Origin: Dehalococcoidia bacterium
GTDB lineage: Bacteria; Chloroflexota; Dehalococcoidia; UBA2979
Reading direction: 5' to 3'
Assembly: GCA_965262725.1 (NCBI GenBank)
Contig: OZ253555.1
Span: 1,600,001 to 1,664,000, forward strand
Length of the DNA: 64,000 nt
Of the stretch, positions 30,124-39,805 are shown piece after piece. A program made the translations under genes and the position numbers. Every line of letters begins with the position of its first letter. The first letter of the stretch is position 1. The notes beneath the pieces were generated by a model. It worked only from the letters and a program-made list of their open reading frames with translations, was not told the DNA's origin and ran no database searches.

Positions 30124-31297
30124 GTGTCCTGATTCGTAATAGCGACAGATAACGGGTATGGTGGCACAGCGGGGTTTTGCCCCATGGGGCAGACTCTGGA
30201 GTGTCATGAGCACCCGAATCGGACGGCCGACGGTCGCGATCGTCCTGAGCGACGAGGAGCGTGAGACGCTGGAGCGGTGGGCGCGCCGGCCGACATCGGC
30301 CCAGGCGCTGGCGCTGCGCTGTCGCATCGTCCTGGCAGCGGCCGAGGGGACATCGAATAAAGCGATCGCCGCGGCGCTCGATTGCCATCCGGTCACCGTC
30401 GGCAAGTGGCGCCGGCGCTTTGCGCAGGGGCGGCTCGATGGGCTACAGGATGAGCCGCGCCCCGGGGCGCCGCGCACGATCGCCGATGCACAGGTGGAAG
30501 CGGTGATCGTCACGACGCTGGAGGAGCAGCCTCCCAACGCGACGCACTGGTCGACCCGATCGATGGCAGCCGCGGTCGGGATGTCGCAGTCGGCGATCTT
30601 CAGGATCTGGCGCGCCTTCGGCCTGAAGCCGCACCTCGTGGAGAGCTTCAAGCTGTCGCCCGACCCGCAGTTCATCGACAAGGTGCGCGACGTGGCCGGG
30701 CTCTATCTCAACCCGCCCGACGCGGCGGTTGTGCTGTGCGTGGACGAGAAGACCCAGATCCAGGCACTCGACCGCACCGCGCCGACGGTGCCGATGATGC
30801 CCGGCGTCCCCGCCCGCCAGACGCACGACTACATCCGTCACGGCACGACGAACCTCTACGCGGCGCTCGATGTCGCCTCGGGATGCGTGATCACGGAGAT
30901 GACCCCCCGGCACCGGGCTCGGGAGTTCCAGCAGTTCCTCGCCCTCATCGACCAAAGCGTTCCCCATGAGCTGGCGGTGCATGTCGTGCTCGACAACGTC
31001 TCCACGCACCGCACGCCCGCCATCCAGCGCTGGCTCCAGCGCCATCCCCGCTTCACCTTCCATTTCACGCCGACCTACAGCTCCTGGATGAACCTCGTGG
31101 AGCGCTGGTTTGCAGAGCTCACCAGCAAGTGGCTCCGGCGCGGCACGCACCATAGCGTCCCTGATCTGATCCGCTCAGTGGAGATGTGGGTCGCCAGCTG
31201 GAACGAGAATCCGAGGCCCTTCATCTGGCACAAGTCCGCGGACCAGATCCTTGACAACCTCGCCGGATATCTAGAGCGCATCCCTGAATCGGGACAC
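30124..31297 (+). mobile_element. IS630-family element, copy 2
   Basis: Inverted repeats GTGTCCTGATTC / GAATCGGGACAC with TA duplication; close relative of copy 1. Confidence 0.93.
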
Positions 31298-31300
31298 TAG
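30206..31300 (+). CDS. IS630 transposase
   Basis: Near-identical to the protein encoded at 23841..24935. Confidence 0.95.
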   Translation: MSTRIGRPTVAIVLSDEERETLERWARRPTSAQALALRCRIVLAAAEGTSNKAIAAALDCHPVTVGKWRRRFAQGRLDGLQDEPRPGAPRTIADAQVEAVIVTTLEEQPPNATHWSTRSMAAAVGMSQSAIFRIWRAFGLKPHLVESFKLSPDPQFIDKVRDVAGLYLNPPDAAVVLCVDEKTQIQALDRTAPTVPMMPGVPARQTHDYIRHGTTNLYAALDVASGCVITEMTPRHRAREFQQFLALIDQSVPHELAVHVVLDNVSTHRTPAIQRWLQRHPRFTFHFTPTYSSWMNLVERWFAELTSKWLRRGTHHSVPDLIRSVEMWVASWNENPRPFIWHKSADQILDNLAGYLERIPESGH

Positions 31301-32508
31301 GGGTTCTCTGAACAGGTCGCCGCGTCGTTACTGGAGCACATGCACACTCCGATGACTATATGCGATCATGGCACTCCTCCGGGAAAGGGGAGCGCTGCCA
31401 TGCATCAGCCGACATTCGCGAGAGTCGAGTTCGAGCGGGATGGCTACAAGACGCGCCGCCAGAAGTTCCTCGAACGGCTGGATGGCCTCGTCCCGTGGCA
31501 GAGGTTCGAAGCAGCCATCGAGCCCCACTACCCGAAACCGGGCCGCGGGCGGAGGCCCTACCCGCTCTCCGTGATGCTGCGCATCCATACCGTGCAACTC
31601 TGCTACAACCTCAGCGACCCCGGCATGGAGGATCTGCTCCACGAGGCCGAGTCGGTGCGAGCCTTTTGCTTCCTCACGCTCTCCGAGCCCATCCCCGACG
31701 AGACGACGATCCTCAACTTCCGGCACCTGCTCGAGCGCCACTCCCTGGGTAGCAGGATCCTCCAACTCATCAACGAGCACCTCACGAGCAAGGGATTGAA
31801 GCTGAGCGAGGGCAGCATCGTGGATGCGACCATCATCTCGGCGCCATCGTCGACGAAGAATCGCGGGCGGGCGCGGGACCCGGAGATGCATCAGACCAAG
31901 AAGGGGAAACAGTGGTTCTTCGGGATGAAGCTGCACATCGGCGCCGACAGGGATACTGGACTGGTCCACAACTTCACGACCACGCCTGCGAACGTGTCGG
32001 ACGTGTCTGAGACGCACCGCCTGCTGCACGGCGAGGAAGCCGAGGTCTACGGCGACGCCGGGTACCGGGGCGTGCAGAAGAGACCCGAGAACGCGGACTC
32101 CAGGGTCAAGGACTGGAACGTGGCGATGCGCCCGGGCCTCCGGCGTGCGCTCGACCCGGAGAGTCCTGAGGCCGTCGAGGAGAAGCGGAAGGCATCGGTG
32201 CGAGCGCTGGTGGAGCACCCGTTCTACAGCGTGAAGCGGCGCTTCGGCTACGCCAAGGTGCGGTACCGGGGTCTCTTCAAGAACCACGAGCGGTGTGCGG
32301 TCTTGCTGGGGTTCCACAACCTGCTCACCGCGAAGCCGCACCGTGCCTGACCGTGGGTGGAGTGCGCCCTCCCCGCCCCACACGGGGCGAGGAGGGGAGC
32401 CACAGGGGCCCGCGAGGGGGCGGATATGACCACTGTCATCGGGAATCCGCCTGAGAGCGCCTGACCGCGGCGAAACTGGGTCGCTAGACCCACCTGATCA
32501 GACTTGCC
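31301..32508 (+). mobile_element. IS5-family element
   Basis: Imperfect 16-bp inverted repeats (GGGTTCTCTGAACAGG versus GGCAAGTCTGATCAGG) with a CTAG duplication. Confidence 0.9.
31400..32350 (+). CDS. IS5 transposase
   Basis: IPDETTILNFRHLLE, VDATII, FGMKLHIG, GDAGY, RALVEHPF. Confidence 0.95.
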   Translation: MHQPTFARVEFERDGYKTRRQKFLERLDGLVPWQRFEAAIEPHYPKPGRGRRPYPLSVMLRIHTVQLCYNLSDPGMEDLLHEAESVRAFCFLTLSEPIPDETTILNFRHLLERHSLGSRILQLINEHLTSKGLKLSEGSIVDATIISAPSSTKNRGRARDPEMHQTKKGKQWFFGMKLHIGADRDTGLVHNFTTTPANVSDVSETHRLLHGEEAEVYGDAGYRGVQKRPENADSRVKDWNVAMRPGLRRALDPESPEAVEEKRKASVRALVEHPFYSVKRRFGYAKVRYRGLFKNHERCAVLLGFHNLLTAKPHRA

Positions 32509-33584
32509 CTAGGTACCGACGCGCTGGGCGACGACTTCCGCAGTCGGCTCGGGGATCTAACCGGCGCCACGGTCCCCGCCGACGCGTTCGTCGCGATGGA
32601 CTACCATCTCGACTGGCTGCAGATGGCGCTCTACCTCGCCGGTACTCCCTCGCCGCCGCAGCCAATCCCCAATGACGACGAGCTCGTCGTCGGGAACCAG
32701 GAGGATGCGGACCTCATCGTGGCCTTCGAGGGCGACTCCACGACGCACGTCGTGCTGGTGGAGGCGAAGGTGGAGACGGGGTGGACGAACGGCCAGCTCA
32801 AGTCAAAGCCAGAGCGGCTCAGCAGGATCTTCGCCGAGGGCCGGCCCGGTGCTCACCTGGTAACGCCCTGCTACGTGCTCGCATCCCCCGAACCGCCCCC
32901 TCCGGGCATCAGCACCGCCGGATGGCCCTCCTGGATGAACCTCGGCGGCGAGCCGCTCTGGATGGAGCTCGCACGGCCACCCGGGCTCAAGAAGCCGACG
33001 CGCTGCACCGCGCAGGGGGAGACCTCGCGTCGGGGCGGCTTCGTTCGCATCGATTCGTTGAGCGGCGCCGGCTAGACGACGTCGAGCGGCACCGGTCAGC
33101 GCGAGACAGAGCGCGGCGGCCCGGGGGTAAACCGTGTGACTCTGCGGGATTCGTCCTCTGGACCGCGGGCCGGTGCAACAAGCGCGCCTCAGGAGACCGC
33201 TACGCTGTCGCGGGGGAAGTGCATTGCGGACGCACTCCACGATCTGGGCCCGAGAGCGATGGCGGCGGGGTCGAAGCCGACGAGAGCGTGGCGAGCGTGA
33301 GGCCGCAGCACAGTGAGTCTTCGCTCCCGTTGCGAGATCGGCCGGGCAGGGACAAGCCTGCCCGGCCACCTCACCACGAACGCTCCGCCGACGAGATGAC
33401 CCCCTTGGGAAGTAGCTCGAGGCGAGCCGTCGCTCCTGGCGCATCGGGCAGCCACACCCGGTGCGGGCGACCTACTTCGCCTATCGGGAGACGCTGTAAG
33501 CGCAGGCCCTGCAAGCGGGCGGGCCACCGGCCCGCCCGGAGGCTGCGGCGCGGGCTAGCTAAACGAGCAACTGAGGGAGACGAC

Positions 33585-33715
33585 AGGAACTCCGGGTGAA
33601 GCGCGGGTGCAGCGGGTCGGTCTCGGCCACCGGGGCCGGAAAATTGTCGATGACGACGTCGCGCGGCACACCATCGAAGAACGCCCACGCCGCTTCCAGT
33701 CCCTCGGCGGCAGCC
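33585..33715 (-). pseudogene. IS21-family (IstA) transposase remnant
   Basis: Manual translation gives EGLEAAWAFFDGVPRDVVIDNFPAPVAETDPLHPRFTR. Confidence 0.7.
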
Positions 33716-34323
33716 TATGGAGAAGGCGCTGGCGCGAGCGAGCAGGGCGGCCGCCACGCGCCGGCGTCGAGGCTGGCCTGGAGCGCGGCGCGGCGCGGCG
33801 CGTTGTGATGTTCGGCGAGCTGCCGCGGGCCTCAGGGCTCGGCGAACGCGAACCCGAACGAGTACGCCCTGAGGGCGAGGCCGGGCACGGCCCGCGCGGC
33901 CATCACCGCGCGCGGTCAAAGGCTCCCGCGACCAGATGCCGCCGGCAACGATCGTCAGCCCGGGCTCGAGTTGGTCGATGTCTCGCGGAGCGCCCACAGG
34001 AGATCCCGCTCCAGTGCGAACGCGAACTCGCCGCCGTACTCCCCGGTGGCCGCGTGCCCGCCTGCGAACTGGGGATTGAGGATGGTGCGCAGTGACACCA
34101 CTTGCCGGGACGTGACCCACGACTCGCTGTCTGTATCATGCCGATGGGGCCCGGGCACAAGTCTGTTCGTTGCCTGTTGGCCCCATCGGCATGGGCGCTA
34201 CCTCGCATCTTTGCGGGGCCCTCACGCCGATCTCGAGTACGGCCGGCCGAGAGCCGGCTCCGGGGTGACCGGCTCGGACAGACGGCTCTCGTGTCCGGGG
34301 CGTCGGATGGGTTGTGCATCAGC

Positions 34324-34893
34324 GTGCCAGCATCCGTTGACCTCGACCGGCTTCTCAGATTCCGTCTCGCCGTGGGCCGCTTCGGCGAGATGGACGTCGC
34401 TCGCTGGTGGAACACGACGGGACTGCTCGGTCCGCGAGGGGCCACTGTTCTGTCGCGTGGTCTCCCTGCTACGCACTACTTCGCTCAGGCGCGAGTCGTC
34501 TTTGCCGTTGCGCATGCGCGCTGTGAGGAGGTGTTCAGTCCGCCGAGTGGCGCGATTACCCTGTGGGATCTTCCCGCAGAACTCGAGCAGCAGTTCGAGG
34601 AGCACTGGCAGACCTGGCTCGGCGAGGTGAACGACTGGCGTTCATTCTTCGAATCGCTCGCAGGACTCGGGGAAGCCGATCTCAGCGCCACGCTGGGGCA
34701 CGCGGCTTTCATCTTGCCTGAGCAGATGGAGGCCGCGGAGCGGCTCCGTCGATCGGCTGACGGTCGCGCTGTCCTCGTTCCCGCAGGTCGCGAAGTGGAC
34801 GATGATCTGATCTCACTGCTGGCATTGGGATTCGCGAAAGGGGTGCCCGGCCAGCTCGCCGTGCCGTATGCGAGCTTGGGCAATTCGACGTGA
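34324..34893 (+). CDS. brxE: BREX protein BrxE
   Basis: LRFRLAVGRFGEMDVARWWNT...THYFAQAR; first gene of the BREX operon. Start is estimated. Confidence 0.78.
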   Translation: MPASVDLDRLLRFRLAVGRFGEMDVARWWNTTGLLGPRGATVLSRGLPATHYFAQARVVFAVAHARCEEVFSPPSGAITLWDLPAELEQQFEEHWQTWLGEVNDWRSFFESLAGLGEADLSATLGHAAFILPEQMEAAERLRRSADGRAVLVPAGREVDDDLISLLALGFAKGVPGQLAVPYASLGNST

Positions 34894-35678
34894 ATGATCC
34901 CCGGGCATTCATCGTCTCCTCGTTCACGATCATCAAGGGATCACTGATCGACGAGACTTATTCTGCCTTTCGTGACTGGGACTTATCAGCCTCGAAGTCG
35001 GAGAACTTGCGGCGCCTCATGGCAACGAACACTATCGGCGCGCGCAGCGCCCACTGGCTCCGGGATGTGTCGTTCGTGGTGAGCCGCCGCTTCGATCCTG
35101 AGAATGGAGACCGTCCGCTCGTCGAACTCGCCCAGCGTGGCTGCTCGCGGGAGATGTGGAATCCGCTGTTGCTCTGGCACATGACGCGGCACGAGTTTCT
35201 CGTGCGAGATTTCCTCGTGTCGTGGCTGCACCCACGCTACGTCGAAGGCGTCTACAAAATCCGTCCACACGATCTCCTGGCATATCTTGCAGGGTTGCGG
35301 TCAATCGACGGGATCCAGGTCGCGGAACACTGGACCGACTCAACAACGGCAAGGGTTGCGTCCGGACTACTCCGCATTGCGGAGGACTTCGGGCTACTCA
35401 CTGGCGGTTCAGTGAAAGAGTTCATTCCCTACCATCTGCCCGAGACGAGCTTCCTCTATCTGCTGCATGCCATCGCGGACGCGGAGCGGAACCCGCGGCG
35501 GGTCATTGACGCGCTCGCCTGGCGCATGTACTTGATGAGTGCCGAGGACGTAGAGCGTGAGCTATTCCGGCTCCACCAGTTCCGCCGGCTGCGCTTTGAA
35601 GTCGCAGGTTCTCTCGCAGAGCTCGATCTTCCTTGCCGATCGGCCGCCGAATTCGCGGAGACGATGACGTGTGACTGA
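34890..35678 (+). CDS. brxA: BREX protein BrxA (DUF1819)
   Basis: WTDSTTARVASGLLRIAEDFGLL; position between brxE and brxB. Confidence 0.8.
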   Translation: MNDPRAFIVSSFTIIKGSLIDETYSAFRDWDLSASKSENLRRLMATNTIGARSAHWLRDVSFVVSRRFDPENGDRPLVELAQRGCSREMWNPLLLWHMTRHEFLVRDFLVSWLHPRYVEGVYKIRPHDLLAYLAGLRSIDGIQVAEHWTDSTTARVASGLLRIAEDFGLLTGGSVKEFIPYHLPETSFLYLLHAIADAERNPRRVIDALAWRMYLMSAEDVERELFRLHQFRRLRFEVAGSLAELDLPCRSAAEFAETMTCD

Positions 35679-36246
35679 CGTACGCGAGCGCCTGCACGCA
35701 CTGGAGGCCATTCTCAGGGCCGCTGACCCACGGCCTACGATCAGCGCCTACCACGACATGCCGTACGCGATCTTTCGCTACGACCCGACAGACGAATTCC
35801 TTCTCCGTCAGGAAGTCACGCTGCTCCGCACTCGTCTAGAGCAGGCGGGCAAGCGCGTCACGGTAATCTCGCTCGCCGAGTGCATGCATTCCGCACTGGA
35901 AGCGGAGGGTCTCGGCAGGGATGCGCTCGCCGACGCAGAGCGGTCGGTCGGGCTGGAAGCAGCGATTGACACGGTGCATGAGGTACTGAGCCAGTACCAA
36001 CCGCTCGACCGCCTCGTCGCCGGCCGCATCCCTGCGGATGCCGATCCGCTGATGGACATTGTTCTCATCGTGCGGGCAGGAGCTCTTTTCCCCGCCTATC
36101 GGACGTCGTCTCTGCTGGAACAGCTCAAGGGCCAAGTGATGGTCCCGGCGGTACTCTTCTACCCTGGGATCCTCGATGGTTCTGCTGGTTTGAAGTTCAT
36201 GGCGGTGCTGGACGCGGAGCACAATTATCGGCCGCGGATCTTCTGA
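35671..36246 (+). CDS. brxB: BREX protein BrxB (DUF1788)
   Basis: IFRYDP...GALFPAYRTSSLL...VLFYPG...NYR. Confidence 0.85.
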   Translation: MTDVRERLHALEAILRAADPRPTISAYHDMPYAIFRYDPTDEFLLRQEVTLLRTRLEQAGKRVTVISLAECMHSALEAEGLGRDALADAERSVGLEAAIDTVHEVLSQYQPLDRLVAGRIPADADPLMDIVLIVRAGALFPAYRTSSLLEQLKGQVMVPAVLFYPGILDGSAGLKFMAVLDAEHNYRPRIF

Positions 36247-36248
36247 GG

Positions 36249-39200
36249 ATGGCTGACATGACGACGAACGCGATCGGCGACCTGTTCGCTCAAGATGTTC
36301 ATCGGAACATCGAAGAGGTAATCAAGGTCGATCAGACCGACAAGCAGATCATTCGCGATGAGCTGAGCGAGTACGTCATTACTGACTCCATCCGCGAGCA
36401 CTTCACTGAGATCCTCGAGCGCTACTGGGAGACGCCTCAGAAACCGCACGAAGGGATCGGCGTCTGGGTTTCGGGCTTCTTCGGCTCCGGTAAGTCGAGC
36501 TTCGCGAAGTACCTCGGACTCGCGCTGGAGGACCGAAATGTGCTCGGTGAGGGCGCGGCCGAGCTGCTGGGCCGCCGCTCGACGGACGACAAACTGCGCG
36601 TCCTGCTCACGAACATCGCCGAGCATATTCCGACAGATGCCGTGATTTTTGATGTCTCGACCGATCGCGGTATTCGCACGGGCAATCAGACGATGACGGA
36701 GATCGTGTATCGCCAGCTGCTCGAGCGCCTAGGATACGCGCGTGATCTCGATCTCTCAGAGCTCGAGATCACGCTCGAGGGCGAGAATGGGCTCGATGAC
36801 TTTGAGGCGAAGTTCCAGGAGATTTTCGCGAAGGACTGGGATGTCGAGAAAGGCAAGGTAGCGCTCGCGGTTCAGCAGGCAAGCCGGGTGATGCACGAGC
36901 TCGACCCCTCGACGTACACCACGGTAGACAGTTGGCGGGAATCCGCGATGCGGCGCGCGGATGTCAGCGCGAACGCGCTTGCTGACCGTTGCGGGCAACT
37001 GATACAGCGTCGCCGGCCGGGCCGCAGTTTGGTCTTCGTTGTCGACGAGGTCGGACAGTTCGTCGCTCGGGACGTGCAGAAGATGCTCGACCTCCAGGGG
37101 GTCGTGCAGGCACTTGGGCGGGCGGGCCGGGGGAAGCTCTGGCTGATCGTGACCTCGCAGGAGAAGTTGAGCGAACTTGTCGGTGGGCTCGATGCTTCGC
37201 GCGTGGAGCTCGCGCGGCTGATGGACCGGTTCCCTCTGCAAGTGCACCTCGAGCCGTCGGACATCTCTGAAGTGACCAGTCGCCGCGTACTCGCGAAGAA
37301 CGCTGATGCCGAGCGGACGCTTCGCGAGTTGTTCGCTCAGCACCGTGGGAAGCTGAGCGAGAACACCCGTGTGTCAGCTGATGTGCGCCTGCCCGAGCTG
37401 AGCACTGAGTCCTTTAGCGATCTCTACCCGCTACTCCCGTACCAGATCGACTTGATCATCAGCGTGGTCTCTGGACTACGCACAGCAGGAGGCGCCAGCA
37501 AGCACGTGGGTGGCGCCAATCGCACGGTCATCAAGCTGGCGCAGCAGTTGCTCGTGCACCCGAATATCGACCTTGCTTCGCAGCCGGTCGGCGCGCTCGC
37601 GCGGATCGATCAGGTCTACGACCTGGTGTCGGCGAATATTCCCAGCGAGCTGCGGGGCAAGATTTCGGACATCGGTCGTGGCGTTGACCATCGGTTGTCT
37701 GAGCCGGTGGCAAAGGCGATCTGCCTTCTGCAGTACGTGCAGAGCGTTCACCGCACTCCAGAGAACATCGCTGCGACTCTCCACCCAGCGCTGGACGCGG
37801 ACTCCCGGCTGCCTGAGGTGTACGCGGCGCTTGAGGCGCTTGAGCGTGCACACATGGTGCGCCGCGGCGACGAGGGATACCGAATCCCCTCACCGGCCGA
37901 GGACGACTGGGAGCGACAGCGCGGCGGTTTCGCACCGCGCCCGGGGGATGTGCATCGGCTCCATGCTGAGGTCGTGACGGCGCTCTGGCAGCCGCAGCCG
38001 TCGCATCGATTGCTCGATGTCAGGCTCTTCAAGGCAGGGCTGAGCCTCGGCGGACGCGAACTCGTGCAGGGCGATATCACCTTCCACCTCACCCTCGCTG
38101 AAGGCGGGGGTGCGTACGACAGCGAGGTGGAGGCGGCGCGGACGCGTAGTCAGACCGAACCATCGACCGCGTTCTGGGTCGCCCCCCTGACCGAAGCCAT
38201 CGACCGCGAAACGGTTGAAATGTTCCGCTCGCGGGAGATTCTTTCCCGCAAGGAGCGGGATGCTCAGACAAAGGATGAGGCCCAGCTCGTTGCTGAGGAG
38301 CGCGTGCGAATGCGACGCCATCAGGATGAGCTGCGTCGCTTCTTCCGACAAGCGCTCGTCGGTGGCAGCATTTTCTTCCGTGGGAACGACCGTAGCCCCG
38401 GCGAAGCGGCTGAGGTCTTGAGCGCGGCCACGAACGTGCTGGCGCAGGCTCTTCCGCAGGTCTTCGACCGCTTCTCCGACGCCGCCGCGCGGGTGACTGC
38501 GAAGGATCTGGATTCGATCCTCACCAACGAGAATCTGAACGGTCTCGCACCCGTCTTCAGCACTTTGCACCTGGTCGGGGAGGAGGCAGGGAGGCCGGTC
38601 TTCAACACCGAGAGCGGTCCGCTCACGGAGATCCTCGGTCGCATTGAGAACCGCGCCAGCTACGGTGAAGTCGCCGACGGGCGCTACCTTGCGAATGAGC
38701 TGGCCAAGGAGCCGTACGGGTGGGAGTTCGACGCCGTCCGTTTGTTCGTTGCTGCGCTGCTGCGGGCCGGGAAGGTCACTATGACGAGCAAGGGGCAGAC
38801 CATCGAATCCGCCCTTTCGCTCGATGCCCGGACCACATTCAACAACAACAACCTGTTCCGCCAGGCCTCGGTCAGACCAAAGGTCGGTCTCGACTTCACG
38901 GAGATCGTCGATGCCTCCACGCACTTCAAGGAAGTGTTCGGCAACGACATCGCGGAGCTCGAGCAGAGCGCCGTCGCCCGGGCGATTCGGGAGGAGCTGC
39001 AGCGACACGAGCAGGAGTTGAGCGAAACTCACAGCCTCCTCGAGCGTCACGGGTTGCCGGGTGTTGCGATCCTGCGGGACGCGCTCGACCAGATGCGGGC
39101 GATTCGCCAGGGCCCTGAGGATCAAGCGATCCTTGCGTTCAGCGCCGCGTATCGCGAGCTGAAGGAGGCTATTAGACGGGCGGCAGAGCTAACGCAAACA

Positions 39201-39794
39201 CTGTCGAAGCCGCGGCTGCTCGACCTCCAACGTGCGGCAACGGCCCTCGGGCCTACGTGGCGATTTCTCCAGCGGGAGGTTGACCTGCCTGAGGACTGTC
39301 GCGAGCAGGCAGCGCTGCTTGAGGACTTAATGGGCAGAGAGACATTCTTTCGTGAGCTGCCCGCGATCGACCAGAGCACGCGTGTGCTTGAGTCCGAGTT
39401 CGAGGGACGGCACGCCGCCGCGGTCGAGGCACGCGTCGCCGCATACAGCAGCGCAATGGAGCAGCTTCGTGCAACGCCTGTCTGGGACGCGCTGCACCCC
39501 GACCAGCAGACACGTATCTCAGAGCCGCTGCTGGTCCGTTCGAGAAGAGATGGATGCGAGACCGAGACAGTTCCCATGCTGCGAGAGCAGACCGACGCGT
39601 GCTCGGCGCTACTCGGCCGGACGATCGAGGAAGTGCTTCGGCTCGTCGATGGGAACCGCGTCGTGCCGTTGCCTGCCTCAAGCTACTTTGCGGGAGGCAT
39701 CGAGACCGAGGAGCAACTGGATCAAGCGCTAGCCGGCCTGCGCGAGCGATGCCTCGAGTTGATCGGGGCGGGTAAGAAAGTGCTGGTTCAGTAG
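36249..39794 (+). CDS. brxC: BREX P-loop ATPase BrxC
   Basis: IEEVIKVDQ, VWVSGFFGSGKS, VDEVGQF, VTSQE, YPLLPYQ. Confidence 0.93.
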   Translation: MADMTTNAIGDLFAQDVHRNIEEVIKVDQTDKQIIRDELSEYVITDSIREHFTEILERYWETPQKPHEGIGVWVSGFFGSGKSSFAKYLGLALEDRNVLGEGAAELLGRRSTDDKLRVLLTNIAEHIPTDAVIFDVSTDRGIRTGNQTMTEIVYRQLLERLGYARDLDLSELEITLEGENGLDDFEAKFQEIFAKDWDVEKGKVALAVQQASRVMHELDPSTYTTVDSWRESAMRRADVSANALADRCGQLIQRRRPGRSLVFVVDEVGQFVARDVQKMLDLQGVVQALGRAGRGKLWLIVTSQEKLSELVGGLDASRVELARLMDRFPLQVHLEPSDISEVTSRRVLAKNADAERTLRELFAQHRGKLSENTRVSADVRLPELSTESFSDLYPLLPYQIDLIISVVSGLRTAGGASKHVGGANRTVIKLAQQLLVHPNIDLASQPVGALARIDQVYDLVSANIPSELRGKISDIGRGVDHRLSEPVAKAICLLQYVQSVHRTPENIAATLHPALDADSRLPEVYAALEALERAHMVRRGDEGYRIPSPAEDDWERQRGGFAPRPGDVHRLHAEVVTALWQPQPSHRLLDVRLFKAGLSLGGRELVQGDITFHLTLAEGGGAYDSEVEAARTRSQTEPSTAFWVAPLTEAIDRETVEMFRSREILSRKERDAQTKDEAQLVAEERVRMRRHQDELRRFFRQALVGGSIFFRGNDRSPGEAAEVLSAATNVLAQALPQVFDRFSDAAARVTAKDLDSILTNENLNGLAPVFSTLHLVGEEAGRPVFNTESGPLTEILGRIENRASYGEVADGRYLANELAKEPYGWEFDAVRLFVAALLRAGKVTMTSKGQTIESALSLDARTTFNNNNLFRQASVRPKVGLDFTEIVDASTHFKEVFGNDIAELEQSAVARAIREELQRHEQELSETHSLLERHGLPGVAILRDALDQMRAIRQGPEDQAILAFSAAYRELKEAIRRAAELTQTLSKPRLLDLQRAATALGPTWRFLQREVDLPEDCREQAALLEDLMGRETFFRELPAIDQSTRVLESEFEGRHAAAVEARVAAYSSAMEQLRATPVWDALHPDQQTRISEPLLVRSRRDGCETETVPMLREQTDACSALLGRTIEEVLRLVDGNRVVPLPASSYFAGGIETEEQLDQALAGLRERCLELIGAGKKVLVQ

Positions 39795-39805
39795 GGCGGG
39801 GCAGC

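Larger units (their letters stand above)
30052..33075 (+). pseudogene. PD-(D/E)XK-like nuclease gene interrupted by IS630 and IS5
   Basis: Joining 30052-30124 to 32513-33075 restores a 211-aa ORF: MSQLIEHL...REAL|GTDALG...EDADL...LVEAK. Confidence 0.85.

Noticed and set aside
23757-31297. Composite transposon formed by the two IS630 copies
   Set aside because: Copy 2 interrupts a gene whose halves lie on both sides of it, and the copies have diverged, which indicates independent insertions.
33720-34160. Gene upstream of brxE, such as a brxR/WYL regulator
   Set aside because: Only short, stop-interrupted frames with no recognisable motif are present.
38889-38900. Self-targeting of brxC by the mini-array spacer (shared CTCGACTTCACG)
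   Set aside because: The match is only 12 nt, lies outside the seed, and the flanks mismatch; this is compatible with chance.
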